Assembly: GCA_947625885.1 (NCBI GenBank)
Contig: CANQQA010000003.1
Span: 64,726 to 128,725 of the forward strand
Source: an uncultured Bacteroidales bacterium
GTDB taxonomy: Bacteria > Bacteroidota > Bacteroidia > Bacteroidales > UBA11471
DNA length: 64,000 nucleotides
Direction: 5' to 3'
Shown: in pieces, positions 43,668-52,304 of the stretch
Numbering within the stretch: position 1 is the first letter of the stretch
Layout of the letters: the number at the start of each line of letters is the position of its first letter
Notes under the pieces: model-generated
What the model was told of the DNA's origin: nothing
The model's input: only the letters and a program-made list of their open reading frames with translations
The model's database searches: none
Position numbers and translations under genes: made by a program

Positions 43668-44966
43668 ATGGGCTTAATTATTGGAGTAGGTGGCGCAAAG
43701 CCAACCTTTGCTTATGATTATTATTACGGAATCGAATGGGATTCGACAGTTTCAAATCCAAAGCCAAGCAGAATTGGTAAAATGGAATTGCACAAAACCT
43801 TGCCCGTTCAATCGTTGATGCGCCGTTGCATCTTGGCAGATGATGGCACAGTGAAATACTATCTTCACGCAAACGATTCGACAAAGCGCGACAATGGCGC
43901 TGCGGCAAACCTTACGGGCGCAGATGGGCAATATATGGTCGAGATACCGGAAGTTTATGTGCGCTTTGAAACAGACGGAACAAAAAACCGTGCATTGATT
44001 TCGACAACTGAATTACCCGGATTCCATCTTTGGAAAAAGGATTATATTTCGGCGGTAGAAGCAACCGTTCAACGTTCAACAACAAAATTGGCTTCGGTAG
44101 TAAATAATAGTACAGATTATCGCGGCGGAAATAACGATGCAAACCGCGACGGGAAAAACACAACCCAGCTCGGTATGCCCGCCACGCAAATATCACTAAC
44201 AACATTCCGTGATTATGCGCGCAAACGCGGTGCAAAGTGGAATTGCAATGTGTACCAAACACACAGAAAAATGTGGTGGTTGTATGCTATTGAATATGCT
44301 AATTTCAATTGCCAAGATGCGTTTAATGCGGCATTGACCAATGACGGTTACAAGCAAGGCGGTTTGGGTAATGGTGTAACCACATGGGATTGGACACAGT
44401 GGTCAAACTTTAACGGTAACTACCCTTTTGTGCCTTGCGGTACAACGAACAGTCTTGGCAATCATTCTGGGGCAGTTGATTATACGATTAAAAATGCAGA
44501 GGGTGGAGATTTGAAAACATTTTCCGTACCCTCGTATAGGGGTGTTGAAAACCCATTTGGACACATTTGGAAGTGGACGGACGGTTGCAAATGTTTGATT
44601 CAGTCGGACGAAAATGGCGGGTTATCCGAGTTTTATGTTTGTGATAATCCGGCAAATTTCACAAGTTCCGGAACGACAAATTATCAACTCCGAGGCGTTT
44701 TGCCAAGAAAAGAAGGTTATGTCAAATCCATGGTTCTTGGCGAAGATGGCGATATTATGCCGCTTGAAATTGGTGCTGGTTCAACCACATACTTTTGCGA
44801 TTACTTTTATACAAGTATTCCCGCAAGTGGTGTAAGTGAACGTGGCGTGTTGTTCGGCGGTGATGCGGATAATGGTGCGTATGCGGGGTTCGTTTTTGCG
44901 TCTACGCATCTTGCGGCGTCGGATACGTATGCGAATGTCGGCTCTCGGCTTTGCTTTTTACCGTAA
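43668..44966 (+). CDS. DGR target protein 1 (tail fibre / receptor-binding candidate with C-terminal VR)
   Basis: 432 aa. Its last 39 full codons before ..LP-stop are VR1, ending NVGSRLCF as expected for a C-type-lectin-fold-like variable C-terminus. Confidence 0.85.
   Translation: MGLIIGVGGAKPTFAYDYYYGIEWDSTVSNPKPSRIGKMELHKTLPVQSLMRRCILADDGTVKYYLHANDSTKRDNGAAANLTGADGQYMVEIPEVYVRFETDGTKNRALISTTELPGFHLWKKDYISAVEATVQRSTTKLASVVNNSTDYRGGNNDANRDGKNTTQLGMPATQISLTTFRDYARKRGAKWNCNVYQTHRKMWWLYAIEYANFNCQDAFNAALTNDGYKQGGLGNGVTTWDWTQWSNFNGNYPFVPCGTTNSLGNHSGAVDYTIKNAEGGDLKTFSVPSYRGVENPFGHIWKWTDGCKCLIQSDENGGLSEFYVCDNPANFTSSGTTNYQLRGVLPRKEGYVKSMVLGEDGDIMPLEIGAGSTTYFCDYFYTSIPASGVSERGVLFGGDADNGAYAGFVFASTHLAASDTYANVGSRLCFLP
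44841..44956 (+). repeat. DGR variable repeat 1 (VR1)
   Basis: 116-bp gap-free match to the TR with 16 mismatches, all at TR adenines (hand alignment). Confidence 0.9.
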
Positions 44967-45049
44967 ATCGAAACGGCGTGAAACGCCAAATCGACAATAA
45001 GGGTGAATGATGAAAATTTGATGGTTGAATGAAAAAGGTTGTCCGATGT

Positions 45050-45165
45050 CGTGGCGTGTTGTTCAGCGGTAATGCGAATAATGGTGCGAATGCAGGGTTC
45101 GTTTATGCGAATACGAATAATGCGGCGTCGAATACGAATGCGAATATCGGCTCTCAGCTATGCTT
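45050..45165 (+). repeat. DGR template repeat (TR), non-coding
   Basis: Adenine-rich copy of VR1 and VR2, with ten AAT codons in the targets' reading frame. It lies 167 nt upstream of the RT gene. Confidence 0.9.
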
Positions 45166-45332
45166 GTAAAAATATAGTTGCATATCGGAAACCTTGCCAC
45201 AAAAACGACCCAATCGGGTTGAATGAGTTGGAAATATCCAACGGCAAAAAATAAAATGTGTAGAACGGTTTTGGTAGGGGAAGCACCCGAAAAATCCTAA
45301 TATACAAGCAAATTTGTGTTATGGCAATATAA

Positions 45333-46361
45333 ATGAAACGAATTGGCAATATATTTGACAAAGTGATTTCGCTTGAAAATTTACGCCTTGCAGACGAAAA
45401 GGCAAGGAAAGGAAAAACGAAGTCTTACGGTGTTATGTTTCACGATAAAAATCGCGAAGCCAATTTACTTGCTTTGCACGAAAGTTTGAAAAATGGAACA
45501 TTCAAAACATCGAAGTATCACATATTCACGATTTACGAGCCGAAAGAACGTCGTATTTATCGGTTGCCATATTACCCTGACCGCATATTGCATCACGCCA
45601 TAATGAATGTTCTTGAACCAATATGGGTTTCGGTATTTACAAAAGACACATATTCTTGCATAAAGAATCGGGGAATCCATAAGTGTGCAAGAAGCGTGAA
45701 ACAATCGTTGAAGCAAGACCCGGACGGAACGCGATATTGTCTGAAAATAGACATTCGCAAATTTTACCCGTCAATCAACCATGAAATTTTGAAAAAGGTT
45801 GTGCGAAGAAAAATAAAAGATGAACGCCTTTTTGCGCTGCTTAACGAAATCATTGATTCGGTTGATGGTGTGCCAATTGGAAATTATCTTTCGCAATATT
45901 TTGCCAACCTTTTCTTGGCATATTTCGACCACTGGTTGAAAGAAAAAAAACGTGTAAAGTATTACTGGCGTTATGCCGACGATATTGTTATTCTTGCACC
46001 AAATAAGGACTTTTTGCACGAATTGTTGCACGAAATTCGTGCTTATTTGCGAAACAACCTGAAATTGGCTGTCAAGCGTAATTACCAAGTCTTTCCCGTA
46101 GATTCACGGGGAATTGATTTCTTGGGATATGTCTTTTATCATTCCCACACCCTTTTGCGAAAATCAATCAAACAAAAACTTTGTCGCCGGGTGGCAAGGT
46201 TGAATAAACGAAAGATTGGCGCAACAAAAGAATACTACAAACAACAAATTTGTAGTTGGTGGGGGTGGTGCAAGTATTGTGATTCTACCAATTTAATAAA
46301 CAAACTTTCAAAAACATTTCCGTATGAAATTAAATTCAATCGAAGCAAATGCGCATTATGA
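45333..46361 (+). CDS. DGR-type reverse transcriptase
   Basis: 342 aa with IGNYLSQYF (the DGR-typical [I/L]GxxxSQ motif) and RYADDIVIL (YADD catalytic box). It is adjacent to the TR. Confidence 0.9.
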   Translation: MKRIGNIFDKVISLENLRLADEKARKGKTKSYGVMFHDKNREANLLALHESLKNGTFKTSKYHIFTIYEPKERRIYRLPYYPDRILHHAIMNVLEPIWVSVFTKDTYSCIKNRGIHKCARSVKQSLKQDPDGTRYCLKIDIRKFYPSINHEILKKVVRRKIKDERLFALLNEIIDSVDGVPIGNYLSQYFANLFLAYFDHWLKEKKRVKYYWRYADDIVILAPNKDFLHELLHEIRAYLRNNLKLAVKRNYQVFPVDSRGIDFLGYVFYHSHTLLRKSIKQKLCRRVARLNKRKIGATKEYYKQQICSWWGWCKYCDSTNLINKLSKTFPYEIKFNRSKCAL

Positions 46362-46362
46362 C

Positions 46363-46710
46363 ATGGCGCACGGGAAGCCCGAAATTTTGGAAAAAGATAA
46401 TGACGGTTCTTATTTGTACCGTTTCAACATCGAACCAGAAATGGGCATTCCTTATGGTGGTGAAAAAGAAGTTCAAATCGGTTGGAAATGCTACGAGGTA
46501 CGCACATTCAACAAGCCGACAAAATCGAACTTGAAAAAAGTCATCATACGTTCAGTACTTGACGAAACGGCAGAATTTGACCTTGTAAATTCGTACAACA
46601 AACACATCTTGGGCGTTGTCGTTGATAAAAATGCGGTTGCAGCATACAAGGAATATTTGCAATTTACCGAGGATTTGGACGGGTTATTGGTAAACACATT
46701 GTCGAACTAA
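46363..46710 (+). CDS. Hypothetical protein downstream of the RT
   Basis: The ATG at 46363 lies 1 nt after the RT stop codon (TGA 46359-46361). The track start at 46324 overlaps the RT. It is not obviously Avd-like. Confidence 0.45.
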   Translation: MAHGKPEILEKDNDGSYLYRFNIEPEMGIPYGGEKEVQIGWKCYEVRTFNKPTKSNLKKVIIRSVLDETAEFDLVNSYNKHILGVVVDKNAVAAYKEYLQFTEDLDGLLVNTLSN

Positions 46711-46723
46711 AATCAACCAAACC

Positions 46724-47140
46724 ATGGCAAAGTTTTGTGAACTTGGCGTTGAATCGGACGTGATTATTGGCAAGGGAATCGAGATTGAAGAATTGTTCGG
46801 TCGTCGAATCTTGATTGAAAAGACAATCATTCAGCCAACAAAATATCCGGGTAAGAATGCTTCGGGTTTGAGAATGCAAATGCAAGTTGTACTTGCAACA
46901 TTCAATGAATTGCCAGACAAATACGGTGATTATTATACAAAAAACCAAGATGGCGTACCGCTTGGCGAAAGACGCTCTTGTTTTACGGGTTCGGACATAT
47001 TGATTTCGGCGATTCAGAAAGCCGAAAGCAATTTACCTGTTATAAACAAGTCAAGAAGCGAAAATGGGTTGCCGTATTTGTCTTTATACCCGATGGACAC
47101 AACGATTGTCAAGGTTGGAAAATGCTTTCAATTTACTTAA
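46724..47140 (+). CDS. Hypothetical protein
   Basis: 138-aa ORF. Confidence 0.45.
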   Translation: MAKFCELGVESDVIIGKGIEIEELFGRRILIEKTIIQPTKYPGKNASGLRMQMQVVLATFNELPDKYGDYYTKNQDGVPLGERRSCFTGSDILISAIQKAESNLPVINKSRSENGLPYLSLYPMDTTIVKVGKCFQFT

Positions 47141-47141
47141 A

Positions 47142-47747
47142 ATGGAATATATACCAGCTATCATTACAGCAATCGGCGTTATTATCACAGCATGGTTTGC
47201 ATACAATCAAAAGACGAAAGACAAAATGACGGACTTGAAGATTGAGCAAATTCGCGCGGAAAATGCCGAAAAGAAGAAAAGGCGTGCCGATAATTCCGCA
47301 ATCGTACACGGGGAGTTGTGGGAAGCATTACACATATTACACGCCGACCGCGTTTATATAGTACAACCACACCCGCTCGGTAATGAATCAATGATAAGTG
47401 TTTATTTTGAATCTAAACGAAAGGGCGTGGAATCAATGAAACCAAAGATTCAACACCTTAAAATGTGTGAGTGTGCCACATTTTGTGCGGACATGGCGAA
47501 AAATCTTTATATGTTTTTTGACGACATTGATGCACAAGTAAAAGACAGGTATGCAAAATCGCTTCTTTCTGCGTGCGGAACAAGCAAGGTTGCCATCAAA
47601 CGATTAAGCGACAACACACACGATTGGGTTGGGTCTATCTTTTGCGAGTTCACACACGATGTTACGGTGAATGAAAGTGAAGTTCGCGCAACGCTTCACG
47701 ACGTGGCAATGAACATTCAATATCTTTTGCCGGAATATAGAGATTAA
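47142..47747 (+). CDS. N-terminally membrane-anchored protein (holin-position, atypically large)
   Basis: MEYIPAIITAIGVIITAWFAY is a TM helix, followed by a ~175-aa soluble domain. It lies directly upstream of the endolysin gene. Confidence 0.45.
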   Translation: MEYIPAIITAIGVIITAWFAYNQKTKDKMTDLKIEQIRAENAEKKKRRADNSAIVHGELWEALHILHADRVYIVQPHPLGNESMISVYFESKRKGVESMKPKIQHLKMCECATFCADMAKNLYMFFDDIDAQVKDRYAKSLLSACGTSKVAIKRLSDNTHDWVGSIFCEFTHDVTVNESEVRATLHDVAMNIQYLLPEYRD

Positions 47748-47750
47748 TTT

Positions 47751-48329
47751 ATGGCAAGCGTTGAAATTTTATTGCCGTTCATCTTGAAGTGGGAACGTGG
47801 TTTTGTAAACGACCCGGCAGACGCTGGTGGCGCGACGAATAAGGGCGTAACCATTGCAACTTGGCAAAATGTCGGTTATGACAAAGATGGCGACGGTGAT
47901 ATTGATGTGCTTGACTTGAAGTTGCTTTCAGATGCAGACGTGATGAATCGGGTTTTGAAGCCACATTATTGGAACCGCTGGAAAGCCGACCAGATACATT
48001 CACAAAATGTTGCAAACATCTTAGTTGATTGGGTGTGGTGTTCCGGCAAACACGGAATTGTCATTCCGCAAAGGGTGCTTGGTGTTGAGCCGGACGGAAT
48101 TGTCGGTAACAAAACGTTGTCGGCGGTGAACTTCGCAGACCCTTACAAATTGTTTGAAGCCCTATTCGATGCCCGAGTTGATTTCTTGAACGACATTACC
48201 AATGCAAGCATTGCTAAGTTTGAAAGGAAAATTGGACGCAAAGCGACAGAAAAAGAGTTGTTGGAATACACGAATAAACGCTTCTTGAAAGGTTGGTTGA
48301 ATCGCTTAAATTCGATTCGCACGCTATAA
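47751..48329 (+). CDS. Endolysin (GH108-type muramidase with PG_binding_3-like C-terminus)
   Basis: [24 protein letters not shown] is the GH108 signature, with [12 protein letters not shown] in the C-terminal part. An EF-hand/dockerin-like loop [12 protein letters not shown] is encoded at 47880-47915. Confidence 0.8.
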   Translation: MASVEILLPFILKWERGFVNDPADAGGATNKGVTIATWQNVGYDKDGDGDIDVLDLKLLSDADVMNRVLKPHYWNRWKADQIHSQNVANILVDWVWCSGKHGIVIPQRVLGVEPDGIVGNKTLSAVNFADPYKLFEALFDARVDFLNDITNASIAKFERKIGRKATEKELLEYTNKRFLKGWLNRLNSIRTL

Positions 48330-48344
48330 AATGATGATGAGAGT

Positions 48345-48884
48345 ATGAAAAAGATAATTATTATTGCAGCGCTGCTTTTATTGCTCGTGTCTTGCGGTGC
48401 GACCAAAAAGACAATGCAAACAAATGAAATGCACATTGATAGTTTGGCGGCTTCCAAGTCAATGAGCGAGCAAGTGGAAAAGATTGTGGACACAACACGA
48501 ACGGAGCATGGAAAAATTACTATCACCGAGATTGATTTTTTTCAATCGCCAATAATCGAGCCAAATGCCCGTGCCGATTTGACAAATTTTGGAAATGTTC
48601 AAGGGGTTGTAAAGTCCATAAGACAAACGGTGATTGAATCAAACGTTGAGGAAAAGGGAGAAAGCAACGAATCACGCGAAAGCAACGAATCCGATAATGT
48701 AGCAACCGTTACCAAGATAATGGAATGTACCGATAAACAGCAAGAACCCGCCAAAGACCCTTATCGTTGGCGGTACATATTTTTCATTTCCTTGTTTGCT
48801 GGCGGTGTGTTGTTGTATTTGAAAAGAATGCCCGTATGCAATTGGATAAAGAAAATACTTCAAGGATTCTTGAAGATTTTATAA
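48345..48884 (+). CDS. Candidate unimolecular spanin
   Basis: N-terminal lipoprotein signal MKKIIIIAALLLLLVSCG plus a C-terminal TM helix YIFFISLFAGGVLLYL. It is the gene directly after the endolysin. Confidence 0.55.
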   Translation: MKKIIIIAALLLLLVSCGATKKTMQTNEMHIDSLAASKSMSEQVEKIVDTTRTEHGKITITEIDFFQSPIIEPNARADLTNFGNVQGVVKSIRQTVIESNVEEKGESNESRESNESDNVATVTKIMECTDKQQEPAKDPYRWRYIFFISLFAGGVLLYLKRMPVCNWIKKILQGFLKIL

Positions 48885-48939
48885 ATTATTCCTATATTTG
48901 CTCCACATTGTTGCGAAAGCCTCGGTGCAACTCCGGGGT

Positions 48940-48980
48940 ACAATGTCGAATCCCGGCAAGAAGCCGGGATTCATTGTTTT
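48940..48980 (+). terminator. Hairpin terminator at the end of the lysis operon
   Basis: gaatcccggc (48948-48957) pairs with gccgggattc (48963-48972). The stem is extended by acaat/attgt and followed by ttt. Confidence 0.5.
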
Positions 48981-49025
48981 CAAATGGTAATAAAAAACGT
49001 CCAAAATCGTGTTGAATTTGGACGT

Positions 49026-49046
49026 TTCGTGTACGAAATCGTGTAC
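49026..49046. repeat. Right copy of the 21-bp direct repeat, candidate integrase arm-type sites
   Basis: Identical to 1533-1553. A third degenerate unit aatcgtgtt lies at 49005-49013. Confidence 0.5.
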
Positions 49047-49079
49047 GTAATTTATAAATTGCTAATTTTCAATGTTTAT

Positions 49080-49093
49080 TGCGGAGTGAGGGG
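49080..49093. repeat. attR core
   Basis: tgcggagtgagggg is identical to 1402-1415 and overlaps the tRNA-Ser 3' end. Confidence 0.65.
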
Positions 49094-49169
49094 GATTCGA
49101 ACCCCCGAACCGGTTTTGCCGATTACACGCTTTCCAGGCGTGCCTCTTCAACCGCTCGAGCATCACTCC
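49082..49169 (-). tRNA. tRNA-Ser (anticodon GGA)
   Basis: The minus strand reads GGAGTGA..CACGC-CTGGAAA-GCGTG..long variable arm..GGGGG-TTCGAAT-CCCCC-TCACTCC-G. It has a 7-bp acceptor stem, an anticodon loop with GGA, a class II variable arm, a canonical T-loop and no encoded CCA. Confidence 0.9.
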
Positions 49170-49491
49170 AATGGTTTGCCTTTGAAAATCGGGTGCAAAT
49201 ATAGAAATTTTTATTTGCATTCCGCCTACATTTCCTTTTTTATTTTGTTCTCTTTGGATTTTTTCCCGCAGCGGCACGGCGCCGCATCGGGCAATCGGAC
49301 AAAATGGCAGTGCCAGCCCCGATGCCTAATCGGAAGTTTTTGTGCCGATTAACATTCCGGTGGTTTTCCGGTAGTGCCGTTTTGTCATATTAACCGATTG
49401 ATAAACAGACGAATTGGCACGTTTTCGGCATGGCATTTTCTTTGCGGATAGAAAAGCAAAATTAAGTTGAAAAAAGAAAGGAGAACGATAT

Positions 49492-52080
49492 ATGAACTTC
49501 AACAATTTCACCATCAAGTCGCAAGAAGCCGTGCAGAAAGCGGTGGAGTTGGCGCGCGGGCAGAGCCAGCAAGCCATCGAGCCGTCGCATCTGCTGCGGG
49601 GTGCCATGGAGGCGGGCGAGAGCGTTGTTTCCTACCTGTTCCAAAAGTCGGGGGTAAACGTGGCGATGCTGAAATCGGCGCTCGACCGCGACATCGCGTC
49701 GCTGCCGCGTGTGAGCGGTGGTGAGCCGTATCTCAGTCAGGACAGCGAAAAGGCGTTGCAGAAAGCCGTCGATTATTCGTCGGGATTGGGCGATCGCTTT
49801 GTGCCGCTCGAAGCCGTCGTCATGGCGATATTGCAGACCAAATGCCGCGCATCGGTGCTGATGCAGGACGCCGGCATATCCGAAAAAGAGCTGGGCGCCG
49901 CCATTGCGGAGCTGCGCAAGGGGCAGAGCGTGAAAGAAGCGTCGGCCGAAGACACCTACGACTCGCTGAGCAAGTATGCCATCAATCTGAACGAGCGCGC
50001 CCGCTCGGGCAAGCTCGACCCCGTCATCGGGCGCGACGAGGAAATACGCCGCGTCTTGCAGATATTGAGCCGCCGCACCAAGAACAACCCCATACTCATC
50101 GGCGAACCCGGTACCGGAAAAACGGCTATCGCCGAAGGGCTGGCGCACCGTATCGTGCGGGGCGACGTGCCCGAAAACCTGAAATCGAAACAGATTTTTT
50201 CGCTCGACATGGGCGCGCTGATTGCCGGCGCAAAATACAAAGGCGAGTTCGAGGAGCGGCTCAAAGCCGTTGTCAATGAAGTGATAAAAGCCGACGGCGA
50301 AATCATTTTGTTCATCGACGAAATACACACTTTGGTGGGTGCCGGCAAGGGCGAGGGCGCCATGGACGCCGCCAACATTCTGAAGCCTGCGCTGGCGCGG
50401 GGCGAGCTGCGCGCTATCGGCGCCACCACGCTCGACGAATACCAAAAGTATTTCGAGAAAGACAAGGCGCTCGAACGGCGTTTCCAAATCGTCATGGTCG
50501 ATGAGCCCGACGAGTTGAGCACCATTTCCATACTGCGCGGACTGAAAGAGCGCTACGAAAACCACCACAAGGTGCGTATCAAAGACGACGCTATCATCGC
50601 CGCCGTGCGCCTGTCGGAGCGGTACATCACCGACCGTTTCCTGCCCGACAAGGCGATAGACCTGATGGACGAAGCCGCCGCCAAACTGCGCCTCGAAGTC
50701 GATTCGGTGCCGCAGGAACTCGACGAAATATCCCGCCGCATCAAGCAGCTGGAAATCGAACGCGAAGCCATCAAGCGCGAAAACGATACGGCGAAAATCG
50801 AATCGTTGGGAAAAGAAATCGCCGACCTCAAAGAGGAGGAGAGCCGCTACAAAGCGCAGTGGAAAGCCGAGAAAGAGCTGCACGAAAAAATACAGCAGAA
50901 CAAAATCGACATCGAAAACCTGCGCTTCGAAGCCGACCGCGCCGAGCGCGAAGGCAACTACGAAAAAGTGGCGGAAATACGCTACGGTAAAATCCGCGCC
51001 AAAGAAGACGAAATAAAGGCGGTGCAGGAGCAGCTGCGCCAACATCAGGGCGGCAGCGCCTTGATAAAGGAGGAAGTCGATGCCGACGACATTGCCGACG
51101 TCGTGTCGCGCTGGACGGGAATCCCCGTGAAGAAGATGATGCAGAGCGAAAAAGAAAAACTGCTGCACCTCGAAGAGGAGCTGCACCGCCGTGTCGTGGG
51201 ACAGGACGAGGCCATACGCGCCGTTGCCGACGCCGTGCGCCGCAGCCGCGCCGGACTGAGCGACCCGCGCCGTCCCATCGGTTCGTTCATCTTCTTGGGA
51301 ACGACCGGTGTCGGAAAGACCGAGCTGGCGAAAGCCTTGGCGGAATATCTGTTCGACGACGAGAACATGATGACCCGTATCGACATGAGCGAGTATCAGG
51401 ACAAGTTCAGCGTAACCCGCCTCATCGGGTCGCCTCCCGGATACGTCGGCTACGAAGAGGGCGGACAGCTCACCGAAGCCATACGCCGCAAACCCTATTC
51501 CGTCGTGCTGTTCGATGAAATCGAAAAAGCGCACCCCGATATCTTCAATATCCTGTTGCAGGTGCTCGACGACGGGCGGCTTACCGACAACAAAGGACGG
51601 CTGGTGAATTTCAAGAACACGATCATTATCATGACCTCCAACATGGGTTCGCAGCTCATACGCGAAAACTTCGAGCATATCGACGCTGCGAACAAAGAGG
51701 AGATTATCGAACGGACGAAAACGCAGGTCTTGGAGCTGCTCAAACAGAGCATACGCCCCGAGTTCCTCAACCGTATCGACGAAACGATTATGTTCACGCC
51801 GCTCGACAAGGACGAAATCCGCGAAATCGTTTCGATGCAGCTTCGCGGCATAGCCAAGATGTTGGAGGCGAACGACGTGAAACTCGACGTTTCGCCGGCG
51901 GCGCTCGACTTCATCGCCCGCGAGGGCTACGACCCACAGTTCGGTGCGCGCCCCGTCAAACGGGTTATTCACCGCTACGTGCTCAACCAGCTGTCGAAAG
52001 ACCTGTTGGCGCAAAAGGTCGATAAGAGCCGTCCTATCGTCATCGACGCCGATGCTACCGGACTGGTATTCCGCAACTGA
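49492..52080 (+). CDS. clpB: ATP-dependent chaperone ClpB
   Basis: 862 aa with two AAA+ modules ([15 protein letters not shown] and [15 protein letters not shown]), a middle coiled coil and an N-terminal Clp repeat. Confidence 0.95.
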   Translation: MNFNNFTIKSQEAVQKAVELARGQSQQAIEPSHLLRGAMEAGESVVSYLFQKSGVNVAMLKSALDRDIASLPRVSGGEPYLSQDSEKALQKAVDYSSGLGDRFVPLEAVVMAILQTKCRASVLMQDAGISEKELGAAIAELRKGQSVKEASAEDTYDSLSKYAINLNERARSGKLDPVIGRDEEIRRVLQILSRRTKNNPILIGEPGTGKTAIAEGLAHRIVRGDVPENLKSKQIFSLDMGALIAGAKYKGEFEERLKAVVNEVIKADGEIILFIDEIHTLVGAGKGEGAMDAANILKPALARGELRAIGATTLDEYQKYFEKDKALERRFQIVMVDEPDELSTISILRGLKERYENHHKVRIKDDAIIAAVRLSERYITDRFLPDKAIDLMDEAAAKLRLEVDSVPQELDEISRRIKQLEIEREAIKRENDTAKIESLGKEIADLKEEESRYKAQWKAEKELHEKIQQNKIDIENLRFEADRAEREGNYEKVAEIRYGKIRAKEDEIKAVQEQLRQHQGGSALIKEEVDADDIADVVSRWTGIPVKKMMQSEKEKLLHLEEELHRRVVGQDEAIRAVADAVRRSRAGLSDPRRPIGSFIFLGTTGVGKTELAKALAEYLFDDENMMTRIDMSEYQDKFSVTRLIGSPPGYVGYEEGGQLTEAIRRKPYSVVLFDEIEKAHPDIFNILLQVLDDGRLTDNKGRLVNFKNTIIIMTSNMGSQLIRENFEHIDAANKEEIIERTKTQVLELLKQSIRPEFLNRIDETIMFTPLDKDEIREIVSMQLRGIAKMLEANDVKLDVSPAALDFIAREGYDPQFGARPVKRVIHRYVLNQLSKDLLAQKVDKSRPIVIDADATGLVFRN

Positions 52081-52304
52081 AACTCTGCTGTGGCACAAGC
52101 CTTGGTATGAATAAGAAAGCAGGGCGTATCCCAATGCGGGTGCGCCTTGCTCTGTTTTATGACATAGGTATCGAATTTCGAATAGCAATGGTTTTAGAGC
52201 GATTAAAGTCCGATTCCGAAATAAAGGACAAAAGAAAACAAGTAGAAAACTTTTTGCATTCCGCAGTTTGCACTATCTTTGCGCCGGTTTTTGATAAGGG
52301 ATTA

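Larger units (their letters stand above)
1402..49093. mobile_element. Integrated temperate siphovirus-like prophage (~47.7 kb) in tRNA-Ser(GGA)
   Basis: Tyrosine integrase at the left end and a lysis cassette at the right end, with complete immunity, recombination, replication, packaging, head and tail modules between. Bounded by a 14-bp direct repeat matching the tRNA 3' end, with a sharp compositional contrast to both flanks. Confidence 0.85.

Noticed and set aside
45039-45254. 71-aa plus-strand ORF between DGR target 1 and the RT
   Set aside because: It is the TR read in a different frame, giving repetitive MRIMVRM/RRIRMRI text. The TR is expected to be non-coding. It is not an Avd candidate.
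48931-48972. tRNA-like fragment (gtcgaatcccgg resembles a T-loop) near the right prophage end
   Set aside because: No acceptor, D or anticodon arms can be drawn. It folds better as a simple long hairpin terminator.
48984-49352. 122-aa plus-strand ORF at the prophage right junction
   Set aside because: It runs straight through the attR core and the tRNA-Ser gene, so it is not coding.
49462-52188. 908-aa minus-strand ORF, the longest ORF in the host region
   Set aside because: It lies exactly antisense to clpB, which has unmistakable AAA+ motifs. Its translation is low-complexity and rich in R, A, G and V, as expected for a shadow frame in high-GC DNA.
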